64,000 nucleotides of DNA from Ophelia neglecta (taxonomy: Eukaryota). The position numbers and the translations under genes were made by a program. The notes below the pieces were generated by a model that made no database searches, was not told the origin of the DNA, and saw only the letters and a list, made by a program, of their open reading frames with translations. This document shows, piece after piece, positions 28,817 through 40,001 of this stretch; positions within the stretch are counted from its first letter, which is position 1, and every line of letters starts with the position of its first letter. The stretch lies in assembly GCA_965285935.1 (NCBI GenBank), contig OZ260666.1, positions 65,534,001 to 65,598,000 of the forward strand. The letters are read 5' to 3'.

Positions 28817-29056
28817 CTGTGGTTGTGTAGCATTGACTTGTTTTGTCAGGGAATCCCTCTCTCGTTCCAATTCGTTTAATTTAACATTAGATAGGGCTAG
28901 ATTTTCCTGCGTTTCCCTCAAAGTATCCATTAGTTTATCTCGCTCGTCGAGCATGTTAACCATGAGCTGCTCAAAATTGGCATCATCTCCTGAGTAAGAC
29001 GAGTCCCGATCATTGGAGCCATCTTCGGAGATGGTGGGCATTACGTCACACATCAT
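28817..29056 (-). CDS. PPFIA: Liprin-alpha, first coding exon (80 aa, phase-0 donor); rest of the gene apparently lies left of the window
   Basis: MMCDVMPTISED...DANFEQLMVNMLDERDKLMDTLRETQENL...LERERDSLTKQVNATQPQ is the conserved liprin-alpha N-terminus. It ends in a CAG|GTAAGA donor at 28817/28816. A TTTTCAG acceptor at 29267 suggests the exon includes 5' UTR 29057-29266. Confidence 0.97.
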
Positions 29057-29352
29057 ATTGAATCCGTTTACAAATTTCCCCGATCACAGAAATTATAATC
29101 CACACTCAACGGATCTGGCCGCTACCTAGAACCGATGCCAGACAACTTGTCAAAATTGTAAATGCATATGAATACACATTCGTGACATCTGAACAAGTCG
29201 ACACCGATTTTCGGTGATTTCTACTTCATAGCGGCACGCTTTATCCTCAAACCGGCCACAAAATACCTGAAAAGTGCTTTTACCATTCACACTCTCGCCA
29301 GCAATCCTATATTGTCTAATATCCTGTCTCTATCCGCTACATCCTCTCTCAC

Positions 29353-29400
29353 CCCGACATTTTGGGAGCCATTTTCTTCAGTGAAGAAGTGTGCCGTTCC
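29353..29400 (-). promoter_or_regulatory. Probable liprin-alpha TSS region / short first exon with YY1-like motif (AAAATGGC on minus strand)
   Basis: GCCATTTT on the plus strand near 29368-29375; GG|GTGAGA donor at 29353/29352 pairs with the acceptor at 29267 (86-nt intron); local CpG enrichment. Confidence 0.45.
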
Positions 29401-30695
29401 CAGAATGCCATTTGATTTACCTTAATTATGCTGAGGGGGGCATGGCGTGCACTGCTCAAACTGTTAGGCAGACCTTTGCAGATGAAACAGAACGAATTTA
29501 TGAAAAGTTGGTCAAGCTTTGAAGACTTTTGTCGGTTGTACTGATAATTCATGTACTAAAAATGAGGTTCACTCAATATATCAAAATACAAGCACATTAT
29601 ACACACGTACAGGTATTTGTAGCACTATCCTGAAATGTAGTGGTATAGATAAATATATATTTTTTTTTTAAAGAATGTGGACCAAAGCAATGGGGCGGTT
29701 AGCAAGGGTGGTTAGGGGATATTTTCAACTGAAGTTAATAAACTCAAGTTTGTGGAGTTCGTTTTTGCAAATGCTGAAAAATCTATGTATTTTGATTGTG
29801 TTTACCAGGAATGTTATTGACATGGAGTTATTTTTAATTGACCAAGTTCCGAAACCATTTTGATCTGTGTTTTGGGGGGAAAAAACTTTATCTGTGAAAC
29901 AATCTTTTAGCATAATGGTGAAGAAAGAACTTGCTTTATTGTAAAAAATATCATTTCTTTTTCATGATTTTAAGGTACACATTCCAATCTGACAGGAAAT
30001 TCGCCCTCTATATTTATTTTTTATGGTCCTTTATGCAGACACAACAAATTTTAGCAGTTAATATTTAAATATTAAACATTCTGTTTTAAAAAGGCAGAAA
30101 AAGAGGGAAAATCGGGATCGGCAAGTCCAAGAATCCTTTTTATGAAAGAAATATAAAATATAAGGTGTACATATTTAGGAGGAGAAGCACTTCTTATTCT
30201 TCTTTTACACAAAAAAGTGAAAAAAACAATTTTTTTACCGTAAGTACACTATACAAACGCTAATTGTAATTTTAATAAGCTTGGGCCACGAATGAATTAA
30301 TTAATCGTTTTATTCAGTAATTATACATTTTAAAGTACAGACACGATATCATATTACAGGTGTCAGGGCACTGGCTCCACTTTTGGGCCTTATATGTGGA
30401 AAACAGTCTGCGCTAGGAACCACGCCAGGCATCTCCACCTAACTCACGCAAAGGGCCAGCTATGGGGAATGCATTCGGCGAGCTCTTCGAATCTAAAGCA
30501 GTTGAATTTTATGGTTCATCATTAATACTTTGATGTCGTTTTAATTTGAACAAAAATTGTTCGATTTCTATCCAAGTTTTCCTGACATTTACCAGCTTCC
30601 AGAAGTTGTGTTAAAATGTGTTTCAGTGTATGTCACTTTTAGTGACATTTGACAGCCACCCCCTGGGGAAAATTTGATGCACTCCCTGATATTGA

Positions 30696-30790
30696 TGCGC
30701 ATGCGCAAATTTAGTTATCCAAGATGGCTTCGGATCCGGGCGGATTGAAAACATTTATTAATTTCTTCAGATTATCCACAAAATGGCTAA
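30696..30790 (+). promoter_or_regulatory. TMEM183 core promoter: NRF1 palindrome TGCGCATGCGCA (30696-30707) and YY1-like CAAGATGGC (30720-30728) and AAAATGGC (~30780)
   Basis: Exact consensus motifs lie 50-130 bp upstream of the ATG in a CpG-enriched patch, typical of housekeeping promoters. Confidence 0.7.
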
Positions 30791-30829
30791 GACTGCGCCC
30801 ACGACAGTGAGTCAAAGGTGTAGGGGAGA

Positions 30830-30899
30830 ATGCCTAAGGGTGCCAAGAAGGCAGGGGGAAGTACTAGCCGTCAGTTGGTGCTACATGGACCGAAAACAG
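30830..30899 (+). CDS. TMEM183: TMEM183 exon 1 (MPKGAKKAGGSTSRQLVLHGPKT)
   Basis: The MPK start matches the TMEM183 MPKRGK motif; a CAG|GTAGTT phase-1 donor joins exon 2 in frame. Confidence 0.8.
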
Positions 30900-31706
30900 G
30901 TAGTTTTTAAGCCGAAATCGGCCATAAAGCTGTGGACAAGCTTGACCCCGAACTGGGTCGAATTGTGTCATCCGGCTTTTTGACACACATACATTTAATA
31001 TCCAAACACATGATGTCATTCCTCCATTTTGACCCAGTTGCATGACCTGTGAACTATGCATTACGAAATGCTAAGAATACTAGTCTTTCTTATAATGTCC
31101 CACTGGGATCATATATAGCTTTCAAATATATATTAATTGTGACGACAATCGTACGAGCTACATTTGACAACTTAGTAGGAAGTGTTTTTATCAAAGATGC
31201 TGGAAAATATAGTCAAAGATCAAGATGATTGTGAAAGAAAGTCGCTCTCTGTGGACAAGGGTAGGCTTGTAAATGTTATGTGCTAGTGGTATGCTTATAG
31301 TTTAACCAAGCAAGTGTTATATTGGTGTTTGATAACGAAAATTACTTTGTGTAGATTAAAGTTCAATTTTATTTCTCCATTTTTCTCCATGACCTATCCT
31401 ATTGCTGCTATATATGTATTCTTGAAGAAAGGTTAGTTGTCAAGTTTTATGTGCATTATCAGAGACCTTCTTCAATATAGATGATTCAGGGTTCTCAACT
31501 ATTAATACCTTAAGGGTACTAGGTTTTTATCGTGTAAGAGATACTTTTTTTTATATTATTATCTAGCTGGGAACCCATGGCAACATGGGTTATCTTTAAA
31601 GTGGAAGACAAATAGTGAATGCTACCAGTATCATTCCCCTTGCCCCCTCTCTCTCGACCCACTATTCCTCCCCCCCCCCCCCCCCCTTCCTCTTCTGCCA
31701 CCCAGC

Positions 31707-31955
31707 CAGGGGTATACACTAACTATTGCCCGATTCTGGGGCACCTCAAAAACTGCTTGCGGGCACAAAGGTTTTAGTTACTAACTTCCCGCCGCAAAAA
31801 CCTGCTAAAATTCCCCAAATCGCCTATTGTTGGATATCTTGTATATTTTATATGTACATATATTTTGGGACAGTAAGCCTATGGTGCAGGCAAGTAGTTT
31901 CCTGGTGCTACTTGCCCCCAGGGCAAGTGCTGAGAAAAGTTAGTGTAGACCCCTG
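31707..31955 (+). mobile_element. Non-autonomous TIR element (MITE), ~250 bp, copy 1, in TMEM183 intron 1
   Basis: Termini CAGGGGT(A/C)TACACTAACT ... AGTTAGTGTAGACCCCTG are inverted repeats; CCAGC occurs on both flanks; a similar inverted copy lies at 44615-44860. Confidence 0.9.
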
Positions 31956-32678
31956 CCAGCCCCCTGCAGTCTTTATGCTTTGTTGTAAAAACTGTGAGCA
32001 AGCAAATTATACCACTGACTCTGCATGCACGTGATTGTCAGTAGCGGTAGAATTTATCTGCAGGTCATATCAGAAGTAGTTAAATAGGCCAACTGAAAAT
32101 TATGTAAACCCAATGAAACTCCTCCTTCACTGGCCCTCGATGAAAAGCAGACATGTTTTCCTGTGTAGAAAGATTGTAAGCACCCAAGGCATGCAACAAG
32201 GCGATATGTCAAGTAACCTCTGCTGGCTGGTGGTATTTGCTTTTGGATCCTTTGTGTGTGGCCAGGTTGATGGCATGACCGAAGCTTCGTTGGGCAGTTG
32301 ACATAACTACCCCAACACACAACAATGCATTTTTTAGACCTGCAAATCCACAGACAGTTTGGGCATACACTAATGCTATATTAATAGCAAAATTTGGGGG
32401 GGGGGGGGGGGGGTGAACCGTTTGTAATTAATTCAGACCTCCCGGGCACATATGGAGATGCCAGGCAAGTGTATCAAGTGTATAGAATTTTTCTGAAATA
32501 ACTGTTTGTGCCCAATATAAAAAACATACCCAGTTGTTTACCATTTCCAAGAATTGTTTCATTACAGCAAATGAGTTTGCAACAGAAGAACTTGGCCAAT
32601 ATTCAAGTATATGTCTCCACTACCCATTATAAACATATTTAATGTAATAATAAATTCATTAAATCATTTCTTTTTCAG

Positions 32679-32774
32679 ATTTTACTTTGTACGACTTTGC
32701 CCATGCCGCACCAACTGAGGCTAAATCTAGTGGGAGAGTGAAGAAAGCAGTTGCTAATGCTTTGGTCACAGAAG
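32679..32774 (+). CDS. TMEM183: TMEM183 exon 2 (DFTLYDFAHAAPTEAKSSGRVKKAVANALVTE)
   Basis: SGRVKKAVANA is identical to vertebrate TMEM183; TTTTTCAG acceptor and AAG|GTATGT donor. Confidence 0.95.
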
Positions 32775-33719
32775 GTATGTCCACAGCTGGGTTTATTCTA
32801 TTAACCCAGAGATTTTGGATATGAGAAAATAGATTTGCCTTATCACTGCATTCAAAATAAAAGACCATAATAATTTAAATAAGAGATTATTAAAGTGAGT
32901 TCAAAGTTTTTGGTTGCATCATAGTCTGCTTGGTGTCTTGGTAAGCCTGACAATTAGCAAGTTGAGGGAGAAATGTACTTCTATACATGCACTTAGGGGT
33001 ACCCTCTGCCTTTATGTTTGTCAAAATAAGACCAGATTGGGGCTAAGCTTCTAAAGATTAGAGTAGAAAAGCAAAGAATGTGTTAGGTCTGAAAGGATAA
33101 CAAAAGTTTTGTGTTACTTTGCCATCACTGGGCATATATGAGTGTAATATCTCATCACACTGTCATCTGTGGGCATTTGACCAGTTGGCAATTTGTCATT
33201 CAAATTTCTCTCAGTTGACACTTCCTCCAGTTGACCATTTAACTACATCTATGTTGTTTTGGTAGTAGAGGTGCCCCCTGGGAAACACAGGACTTGAAAA
33301 AAATCTAACAGTTTCCTTTTGAATTGAAAATGTCCACTGGTATCTTAGTTTAAAATTATTGCAATTAAGGAAGGTAGTTCTAACTGAAGAACTGATGAAA
33401 ACCACATCTGTGAAAGAATTCTGTTAACCTGCAAATTGAAGTGTAACCTGCTTAACACTTGATAAACAAATGAAACTGCTGCAAACAATGTGACAATTTC
33501 CTAAATTAGTGCAACTGGGTTCTTGTCAGTTTTGTAAGTGGCTTAGAAGAAGAATATCTTCAACAAGTAACCAGTGGGTTTCAATATATAACAGTCATGA
33601 ATGCAAATGGTAAGATCTCTTTTATAACTGAGAATGGTGTATAAGTACTCTCATTATATAATGAACATTTAACATTTAAATGACACTCTAAATATTATGC
33701 CAATTGTCTTTGTTACCAG

Positions 33720-33854
33720 TAAAAGAAGTCACCAGGAATTGTACAAAATCCTCTGAAGCTTTAGCTTGGTATGAAAAAGATTTATCAGATTTTGATCTGA
33801 GTGAAACAGATGATACCTGTGATAATGAAGGAGAGGAAATAGGAGATGATGGAG
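33720..33854 (+). CDS. TMEM183: TMEM183 exon 3 (acidic segment VKEVTRN...WYEKDLSDFDL...GDDG)
   Basis: Phase-1/phase-1 exon of 135 nt with TTACCAG acceptor and GAG|GTATGA donor, in frame with flanking exons. Confidence 0.85.
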
Positions 33855-34285
33855 GTATGAAAAGAATTATAAACTACAAAGGTTATACAAGTGTACATAA
33901 TCAATTAACCTTTTCCTATATAAGAACACACAAACTATAAGATTAGGAGAATCTGAAGTATTGTATTCAAATTATTCTTTTGTAGTTCATATTCATATTT
34001 GCTTTGTAAATGTGCTAAAGAATAGAGACTCACACTTCAAAGTTTGCATTGGAAGAAGAATATGTTTTGAAAGGATAATTTATAATTTGAAAATACAATT
34101 CCTTATATATTACTATTTGCCTGAAAATTAGATTAATTTGTATTAAAAGCATACAATTTACACTTCAACTCATCAGCTTGGTACGGACTTGTATAATCTG
34201 TTCAAGTCATTAAATCAGTCATATGTGAACATAAGTGAATGGAACTTTTCTGATAGATATCATAGCGCACATTCTGAATTTGCAG

Positions 34286-34487
34286 CCACTGTAGCCAAGC
34301 AGCGTCGTTGTAAGAGAGGTAGCGAGATCCAAAAAGAACCTGATCATGGTCAGGTGTGGCCTCTCGATCTCTGGTTTCTGGTTGGCAGATTTGTTGCCCC
34401 CGAAGATGTCTCTATTTTTGCCAGAATATGCCATGGATCTCACATAGTCACACACTCAGCAAACTTCTGGTGTTCCCTGTATAAAAG
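34286..34487 (+). CDS. TMEM183: TMEM183 exon 4 with F-box-like motif (WPLDLWFLVGRFVAPEDVSIFARIC...FWCSLYKR)
   Basis: Matches TMEM183 [25 protein letters not shown]...FWTRLYRR; TTTGCAG acceptor and AAG|GTATGG donor. Confidence 0.95.
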
Positions 34488-35028
34488 GTATGGTATTTTC
34501 ATCTAGAACTAGAAATTATTTTATTTTTCTTGATTCTGCTATAAATATTGTTTTAAGCACAGTGGAGAAATACTTCCATTTGAGTACATTTTCACCATTT
34601 TTGCACTTAAACTACTATCTGTCTGTTATATAGTTATTTTAGGACAAATAAGTCAAGGGCCTGCAATTAAAGTTGCAGCAAATGGAAGTATTATTGAAGT
34701 TGGCTTAGTAATATTATGTCCTTTGAATATATAGGCGAAACCAGCCCAAACCTCTGGGTAAAACACTACATCCCCATCCTTGCAGACAAGCATATATTTA
34801 GGCCTTTGAATGACCCTAGGGACAATAAAAAAGCTAACTTACCCTGTCGGAGCAATGGTTTTAGACATGCCCTTCAGGAATTTGACAAGGCAGGTTGCCA
34901 AACTGTTTTGAACAGACTTTTAGTAAATTTCAGTCCAAATGGATATTCCAATAATTTCATTAGGAAAGTAGGATAAATAATCACCTTCTTAATAATGTAC
35001 TCTTTCATGATAGAATTTTTGTTTTCAG

Positions 35029-35623
35029 ATATTATAACCCAGACATAGTTGTGCCAAAAGCTTTGAGACTTCAATCCATGGATCGTGTGCATGGACTAGT
35101 GGAGCGAGTTGTCCGCTCCCTTTACTACTGTTATCCTTTATTTCAAGATAGGGTACGTGGCTTGTCTCCATTTAGAAATGATCCTGACTTGTTAATCGGA
35201 GCCAAGTGTGCAGTGATGTGGTACAAAAGGATCAACAATGTGTGGCATTTCTTCTTCAAATTCCTCAAGCCTAATCACAATGCTTGCCTATTGGTCAGAC
35301 GACAGGGAAAGCATTGTTATCGTCGGGACTATCTGATGGAAGAAAACAATATTCACTACAACCGCGGTGAAAACTGTTGCATTCTGCAAGTGGTCACCAA
35401 TGATTTTATTTCACTTCCGGTTATTATGGGACAGTATTTAATACAAGTGGCTATTAGTGTGGGCCATGACATGCGGTATCACAAACTGAAGCTTGTGTTT
35501 AATTCTGAGTTCATCTCTTCCAAAAACCGCAAGGACTCATTCCTGAATAGCTCTATGCTGGTGATGGACCCTGTAGCTAATATGAAGGTTCTGCAATGGT
35601 GGGATCCCAGATATCCTCGTTAA
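35029..35623 (+). CDS. TMEM183: TMEM183 last coding exon (...CCILQVVTNDFISLPVIMG...DMRYHKLKLVF...DPVANMKVLQWWDPRYPR*); total CDS 1098 nt, 365 aa
   Basis: Matches the TMEM183 C-terminus (CCLLQVTT..., DMRHHRVRLVF, DPV...WWHPQYP); TTTTCAG acceptor at 35028; all splice phases are consistent. Confidence 0.96.
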
Positions 35624-37147
35624 CCACTGCTAGGTTAATACTGTATGCCAAGGTAATATTAACATTGTGCATATAATATACCACTACGTTTCTGACCACC
35701 TTATTCCATTTGTAACTTAGTCAGTTTGAACATTTTCTCATATTTGTGTGCAGCATACATCATTTGCATTGAATAGAAAATTGTATTATTAAGTTACATG
35801 GTGGGCAGAAATGTTTAAATAATGAATATATAGGTGTAATAATTTGTACTGGCAAAGTTTGGCATATGGCTGAAGTCAGTGTACTAGACAACTGCACTCC
35901 CTTTGAGGCAGTGATTAGGGGTTTCAGGAAACGATACCATTTATATGTTAAAAAGTGTTGCATATCACACTGATGGCTTAAGTGATTGTTATAATGTATT
36001 GTTATTGTTATAACAATTTATGTTTGTGTTATATGCCTGTGTGCATTTAGTGCTTCCTCTCCCCCCCCCCCCCCCCGCCCCACACACACACCAAAAAAGT
36101 CATAATTTAATTTGCATATTAAATGCAACTGAGGTGTATAATATTGCCAACATCTACAAACATTCAGGGTATGAAAATTGGCATTATTGCAAATAGAGTA
36201 AATTTTATGATTGCTTGAGCTGTAAAATTAAAAAAAAAACCTAATTAATAGTACATATGTTAATTACCTTTTTTTCAGCATTTTTATTATCCTTTTCAGT
36301 TGTTGCAAAGACAAAATCAAATACAATATTTTGTGTATGGGTTAGACCTGGGCTTATTGATCTAGCTTATTGATGAAGATGTGACCATAATATCCATAGC
36401 GGAGAAGATCGGAGTACCTCCAATATCAGTAGCATAACAGAGTAAAAGTCCAGTCCAATTAACGACAATGTGTTAAGAGTTGTTAAAATTTACTTGCATT
36501 CTTTTATGTATATTATCTTTAACATATCATTGTATTGTGTCTATGTTGAACATATATATATTGAGCTGGAAGGCACCAGACTACTGAGTAGGAGAGAACC
36601 AGATGAAAGTGTATGTACATACTGGACACACTTTTGTGTTACAAGTTTGGGATTTGTAATTAGATTGAGCACACTTCTTTGGGATAAAATGTCCACCATA
36701 CGAAAAGTGACTGTATTCGGTTCCGGTTGTATAGTGTGGATGCAGAATGAAATCTAATTTAGACTTACATAAGAAGAAAATTTTTAACTACAATTGTTTT
36801 TAAACCCTCCATGATTTACCTTGGAGATAGCAAAAATATCAGTTCATGGAATGTTAAGTGCTATGCTATCTTTTATATTTCCCTCTTGGCACAAACTTTC
36901 AGCTCGGATGCAATTTTAAAAGTCACAATTTGGGAAAACAGTCATGTTTCCCTAAACAGTTAGTCCTGAGTAACTAAGGTGTTAATACCAAAGCTTGTCC
37001 ACTAATCAGCAATTGTGTAGCCCAGTGTACTGGTATATTTGTTAGTCATTGGTCCAACTTCAGTGGCATTTCAAAACTTGTAATCTGTTGTTATCTATAT
37101 TCTGACTGCTTACTGGGTATCACTTATATATCTGTACCTGTTGATAC

Positions 37148-37153
37148 AATAAA
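37148..37153 (+). terminator. Candidate polyadenylation signal AATAAA for TMEM183
   Basis: AATAAA about 1.5 kb downstream of the stop, after a U-rich stretch resembling a 3' UTR. Confidence 0.4.
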
Positions 37154-38273
37154 CGTTTACAATTGTGGCCATCTTGTACGTTGAATTCAGCAGAAATACA
37201 AAACCATCTGAGCTGTTCACATCCATTAGAGGCTCATCAAATTTGATAAACATACTTTAAAAAAAAATTTTGTAATATGCTATTAAGGTCTGACATAAGG
37301 GCCATTTAGTTTGAACACCATATTTTAATTTAAATTCACCAGACAAGATGCAGTGTGGTAGGAGGGCAAAGGATGGCAACCTGGAAAACTCCTATTCCCT
37401 GAAGTAGTTTTGTATGCACAAATATACTTTGATCACTAGTTATAGAGTAGCTCTTTTTAAAAGATTTGCGGGAGCATATCTCTTCGGAGCTATCGCACCT
37501 TGGTAAATGCATCTTTGGAATGACTAAAAAAAAATTAATTCCGCCAAAGTTTATTCGCTGCTAGACTACCAAAGAGTATGTTCATGTAGATCTATTATTA
37601 CCAAAGATTCCTACCAGTATTGAATAGAATGAGCGGGAAGCAAAAGGCAGTAGTGGCAGAATGAATATAATGCTTTGTAAATAGGCAAGAATTCATTATG
37701 AAAGTACATGTAGTGCTCAAAATTTTATAAAATAAGTTTGATAATAAACCTTATGTGCAAAAATGTCCTAACAGGACATGTTGTTTTATTATCAATGCTG
37801 CCAATTCGTATACTCAATAATTAGGCAAATATATTGATCTGAAATACAGTTCTGCAATTGTCACCACAATCCAACATGAACTGGCAAGTTCATAACAAAT
37901 ATTAGCCTTTCATGATACCAGGTCCGTTAATGAATGAGCAAGAGTGGCAAATCATTATGGAAGTAAAATTTGCGCATTCAATTCATGTTCTTACTGGTAC
38001 GAATCGTGTGCAGGTATTAGTTTTGTGACCTTGTTCTTAGTTTTTTGGCACATGTTCTAGAAGAAGGATGCAACCATTTAAAGATCTTTGTTTTCTTAAG
38101 AGATTGTTTTGAAAATTACAACACTGAAACCAATTGGTGAAAAACGATCTTTTATTGTCTTTAGATATAAAGATTATTTTTAAATGCAAGTCTCTCGAGT
38201 ATTCATGAAATTTTTAATTAATTGCATAATTGTACAGAAATGCAAAACAAGTTTAAAATTGTTAGATTAAGTA

Positions 38274-38452
38274 CAGTGGTCCCTGCAATGTGAGGCCACA
38301 CCTTATTCCAAGTAATAGTGGCCCTTCATATCCAGGTGGCCCCCCATCGGAAGTAATTTAACATGATAAGTCAGGACATGGGAATTTCAAAACTGTCCTG
38401 CCATTGAAGGGGGGATCTTCATTGGAGGGGCCCTACATCCCAGAGACCAATG
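38274..38452. mobile_element. Tc1/mariner-pogo-type MITE (~180 bp) with TA target duplication
   Basis: TA|CAGTGGTCCCTGCAATGTGAGGCC ... GGCCCTACATCCCAGAGACCAATG|TA; imperfect 24-bp TIRs flanked by TA. Confidence 0.7.
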
Positions 38453-38483
38453 TAAACTATTAAAGAATATTATGTTCTAATTT

Positions 38484-38653
38484 TCATAATTTTTTATTGA
38501 GATCAATTAAATCTCCTGTGGTTGGAATTCCTTCTGTGTCTAGCAGTTCCCAGTCTGGTGTTGGTGCTGTGGCATAGGGAGCTGTTGTGGGCACATTGTA
38601 CATTGGTTGATAGTACGGTGGCACTCCTGTCTGGCTGGAGTATGCTGGGTACC
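38484..38653 (-). CDS. Uncharacterised 203-aa Pro/Tyr-rich protein, exon 4 (GYPAYSSQTGVPPYYQPMYNVPTTAPYATAPTPDWELLDTEGIPTTGDLIDLNKKL*)
   Basis: TTCTCTCATATCAACAG acceptor at 38654; phase 1 continues exon 3; composition continuous with exon 3; TGA at 38486-38484. This frame is absent from the ORF track. Confidence 0.8.
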
Positions 38654-38841
38654 CTGTTGATATGAGAGAACATTAACATCAAGGAACCACTGACTGTAAG
38701 TGTAAAGGTGAAAATCTTCACGCATGATGAAATTTTAGGCTTTTGCAAATTCCTGGTCACAGAAAAATTCCAGGTCATGGAAAATTTCTGGTTTACTGTA
38801 GATGGGAGATCTTACTTTACAACATTGTATAAACCACCCAC

Positions 38842-39097
38842 CTTGCTGTACATTAGGCTGGTACACTGGGGGCTGCATCCCCGTTGGATATGTTGGTCGC
38901 ATTCCTGGTGGATACGCTGGCTGCATCCCAGGAGGATAGACTGGTACCATGCCCTGAGGTGTCTGGTAGGGCATCGGCTGTACCACAGGCTGGGCAGCGG
39001 CATACACTGGTTGACCAATTTGTGGTATTTGTGATGTTTCACTACCAGTAGAAACATTTACATTTATTACCTGGGGATCCTTTTCATATTCTTTTTC
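38842..39097 (-). CDS. Uncharacterised 203-aa Pro/Tyr-rich protein, exon 3 (EKEYEKDPQVINVNV...QPVYAAAQPVVQPMPYQTPQGMVPVYPPGMQPAYPPGMRPTYPTGMQPPVYQPNVQQ)
   Basis: TTTTGCCAG acceptor at 39098; AAG|GTGGGT donor at 38842/38841; strongly biased P/Q/Y/M coding with YPPGM repeats. Confidence 0.85.
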
Positions 39098-39493
39098 CTG
39101 GCAAAAATTATAAGAAATATATCTATAAAAAGAAGTCCACAATTTTGAATTGCATACTGTCACTGGATTACAAAAAAGTAGTGTGCCAAGGGCCTTCCTG
39201 TTAAAAGCATGAAAATGTCAAGTACAGAAAAGATGATTTCTGACACAAGCAGTTGAGCACTGAATGAGCGACTGACAATTGGAACTGCCTTTGGCTTCAA
39301 TCTTGCATTTATATTTATATGTTTTATATCAAGTGGGGCTTACTTCTCCAATCACTATCACTCCAATCACTATCACTCCATTCATAAAACTTGCCTAAGT
39401 TTTGAAGACTGATGTAGCTAGAATACATCAGTACATTACCATACAGTTATCGCAGTTTATTATAGAGATTTTGAATACCTGAATTTCTCTTAC

Positions 39494-39670
39494 CTGTACT
39501 ATGATAGTTGGTTCAGAGGGTTGAGATGCAATTGATCCAACTGCAGCACCCACTACGGCTGCTGTAGCTATGGTAGCGAATGGCGCTGGACGAAATATAG
39601 GTCTGCGAGTTACTACTACACGCCTGCCACCACCCATCCCAAAGCCACCACCAAAACCTCCTCTCCTTCC
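39494..39670 (-). CDS. Uncharacterised 203-aa Pro/Tyr-rich protein, exon 2 (GRRGGFGGGFGMGGGRRVVVTRRPIFRPAPFATIATAAVVGAAVGSIASQPSEPTIIVQ)
   Basis: CTTGCTCTAG acceptor at 39671; CAG|GTAAGA donor at 39494/39493; 177 nt, phase 0/0. Confidence 0.85.
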
Positions 39671-39905
39671 CTAGAGCAAGATAAAGGTAGCTAATTGATA
39701 TTTCAAATTAAATCATATGTCTCAATAATGTCAAATGTGTTATTCTCATGGAGAAAAACCTGCATACAAGCAGGACATATGACTACTGTGGAAATAAATG
39801 TTGTTCAGTAATTATGCATACAGTTATTATTTGAGAAATGAGGTGTATTTCATAAGTTTGAACACAAGTAGTTATAAGAAAATATTTAATAAAAATCAAA
39901 CTTAC

Positions 39906-39914
39906 CATAGGCAT
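39906..39914 (-). CDS. Uncharacterised 203-aa Pro/Tyr-rich protein, exon 1 coding part (MPM)
   Basis: ATG CCT ATG|GTAAGT perfect phase-0 donor; TATA box about 90 bp upstream. Confidence 0.7.
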
Positions 39915-40001
39915 ATTGTGATTCAATAAAATCCAAATTAAACACACAAATCTGTGGATGACGTCTCTCTTAGTATATTGCCTGGTTATGATAATCTATT
40001 T

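Noticed and set aside
30783-30983. ORF MAKTAPTT... as the TMEM183 N-terminus
   Set aside because: Wrong phase for splicing to exon 2; the MPK ATG at 30830 fits both homology and phase.
31726-32034. Similar ORFs at 31726 (+) and 44506-44841 (-) as a duplicated gene
   Set aside because: The similarity comes from two copies of the same MITE.
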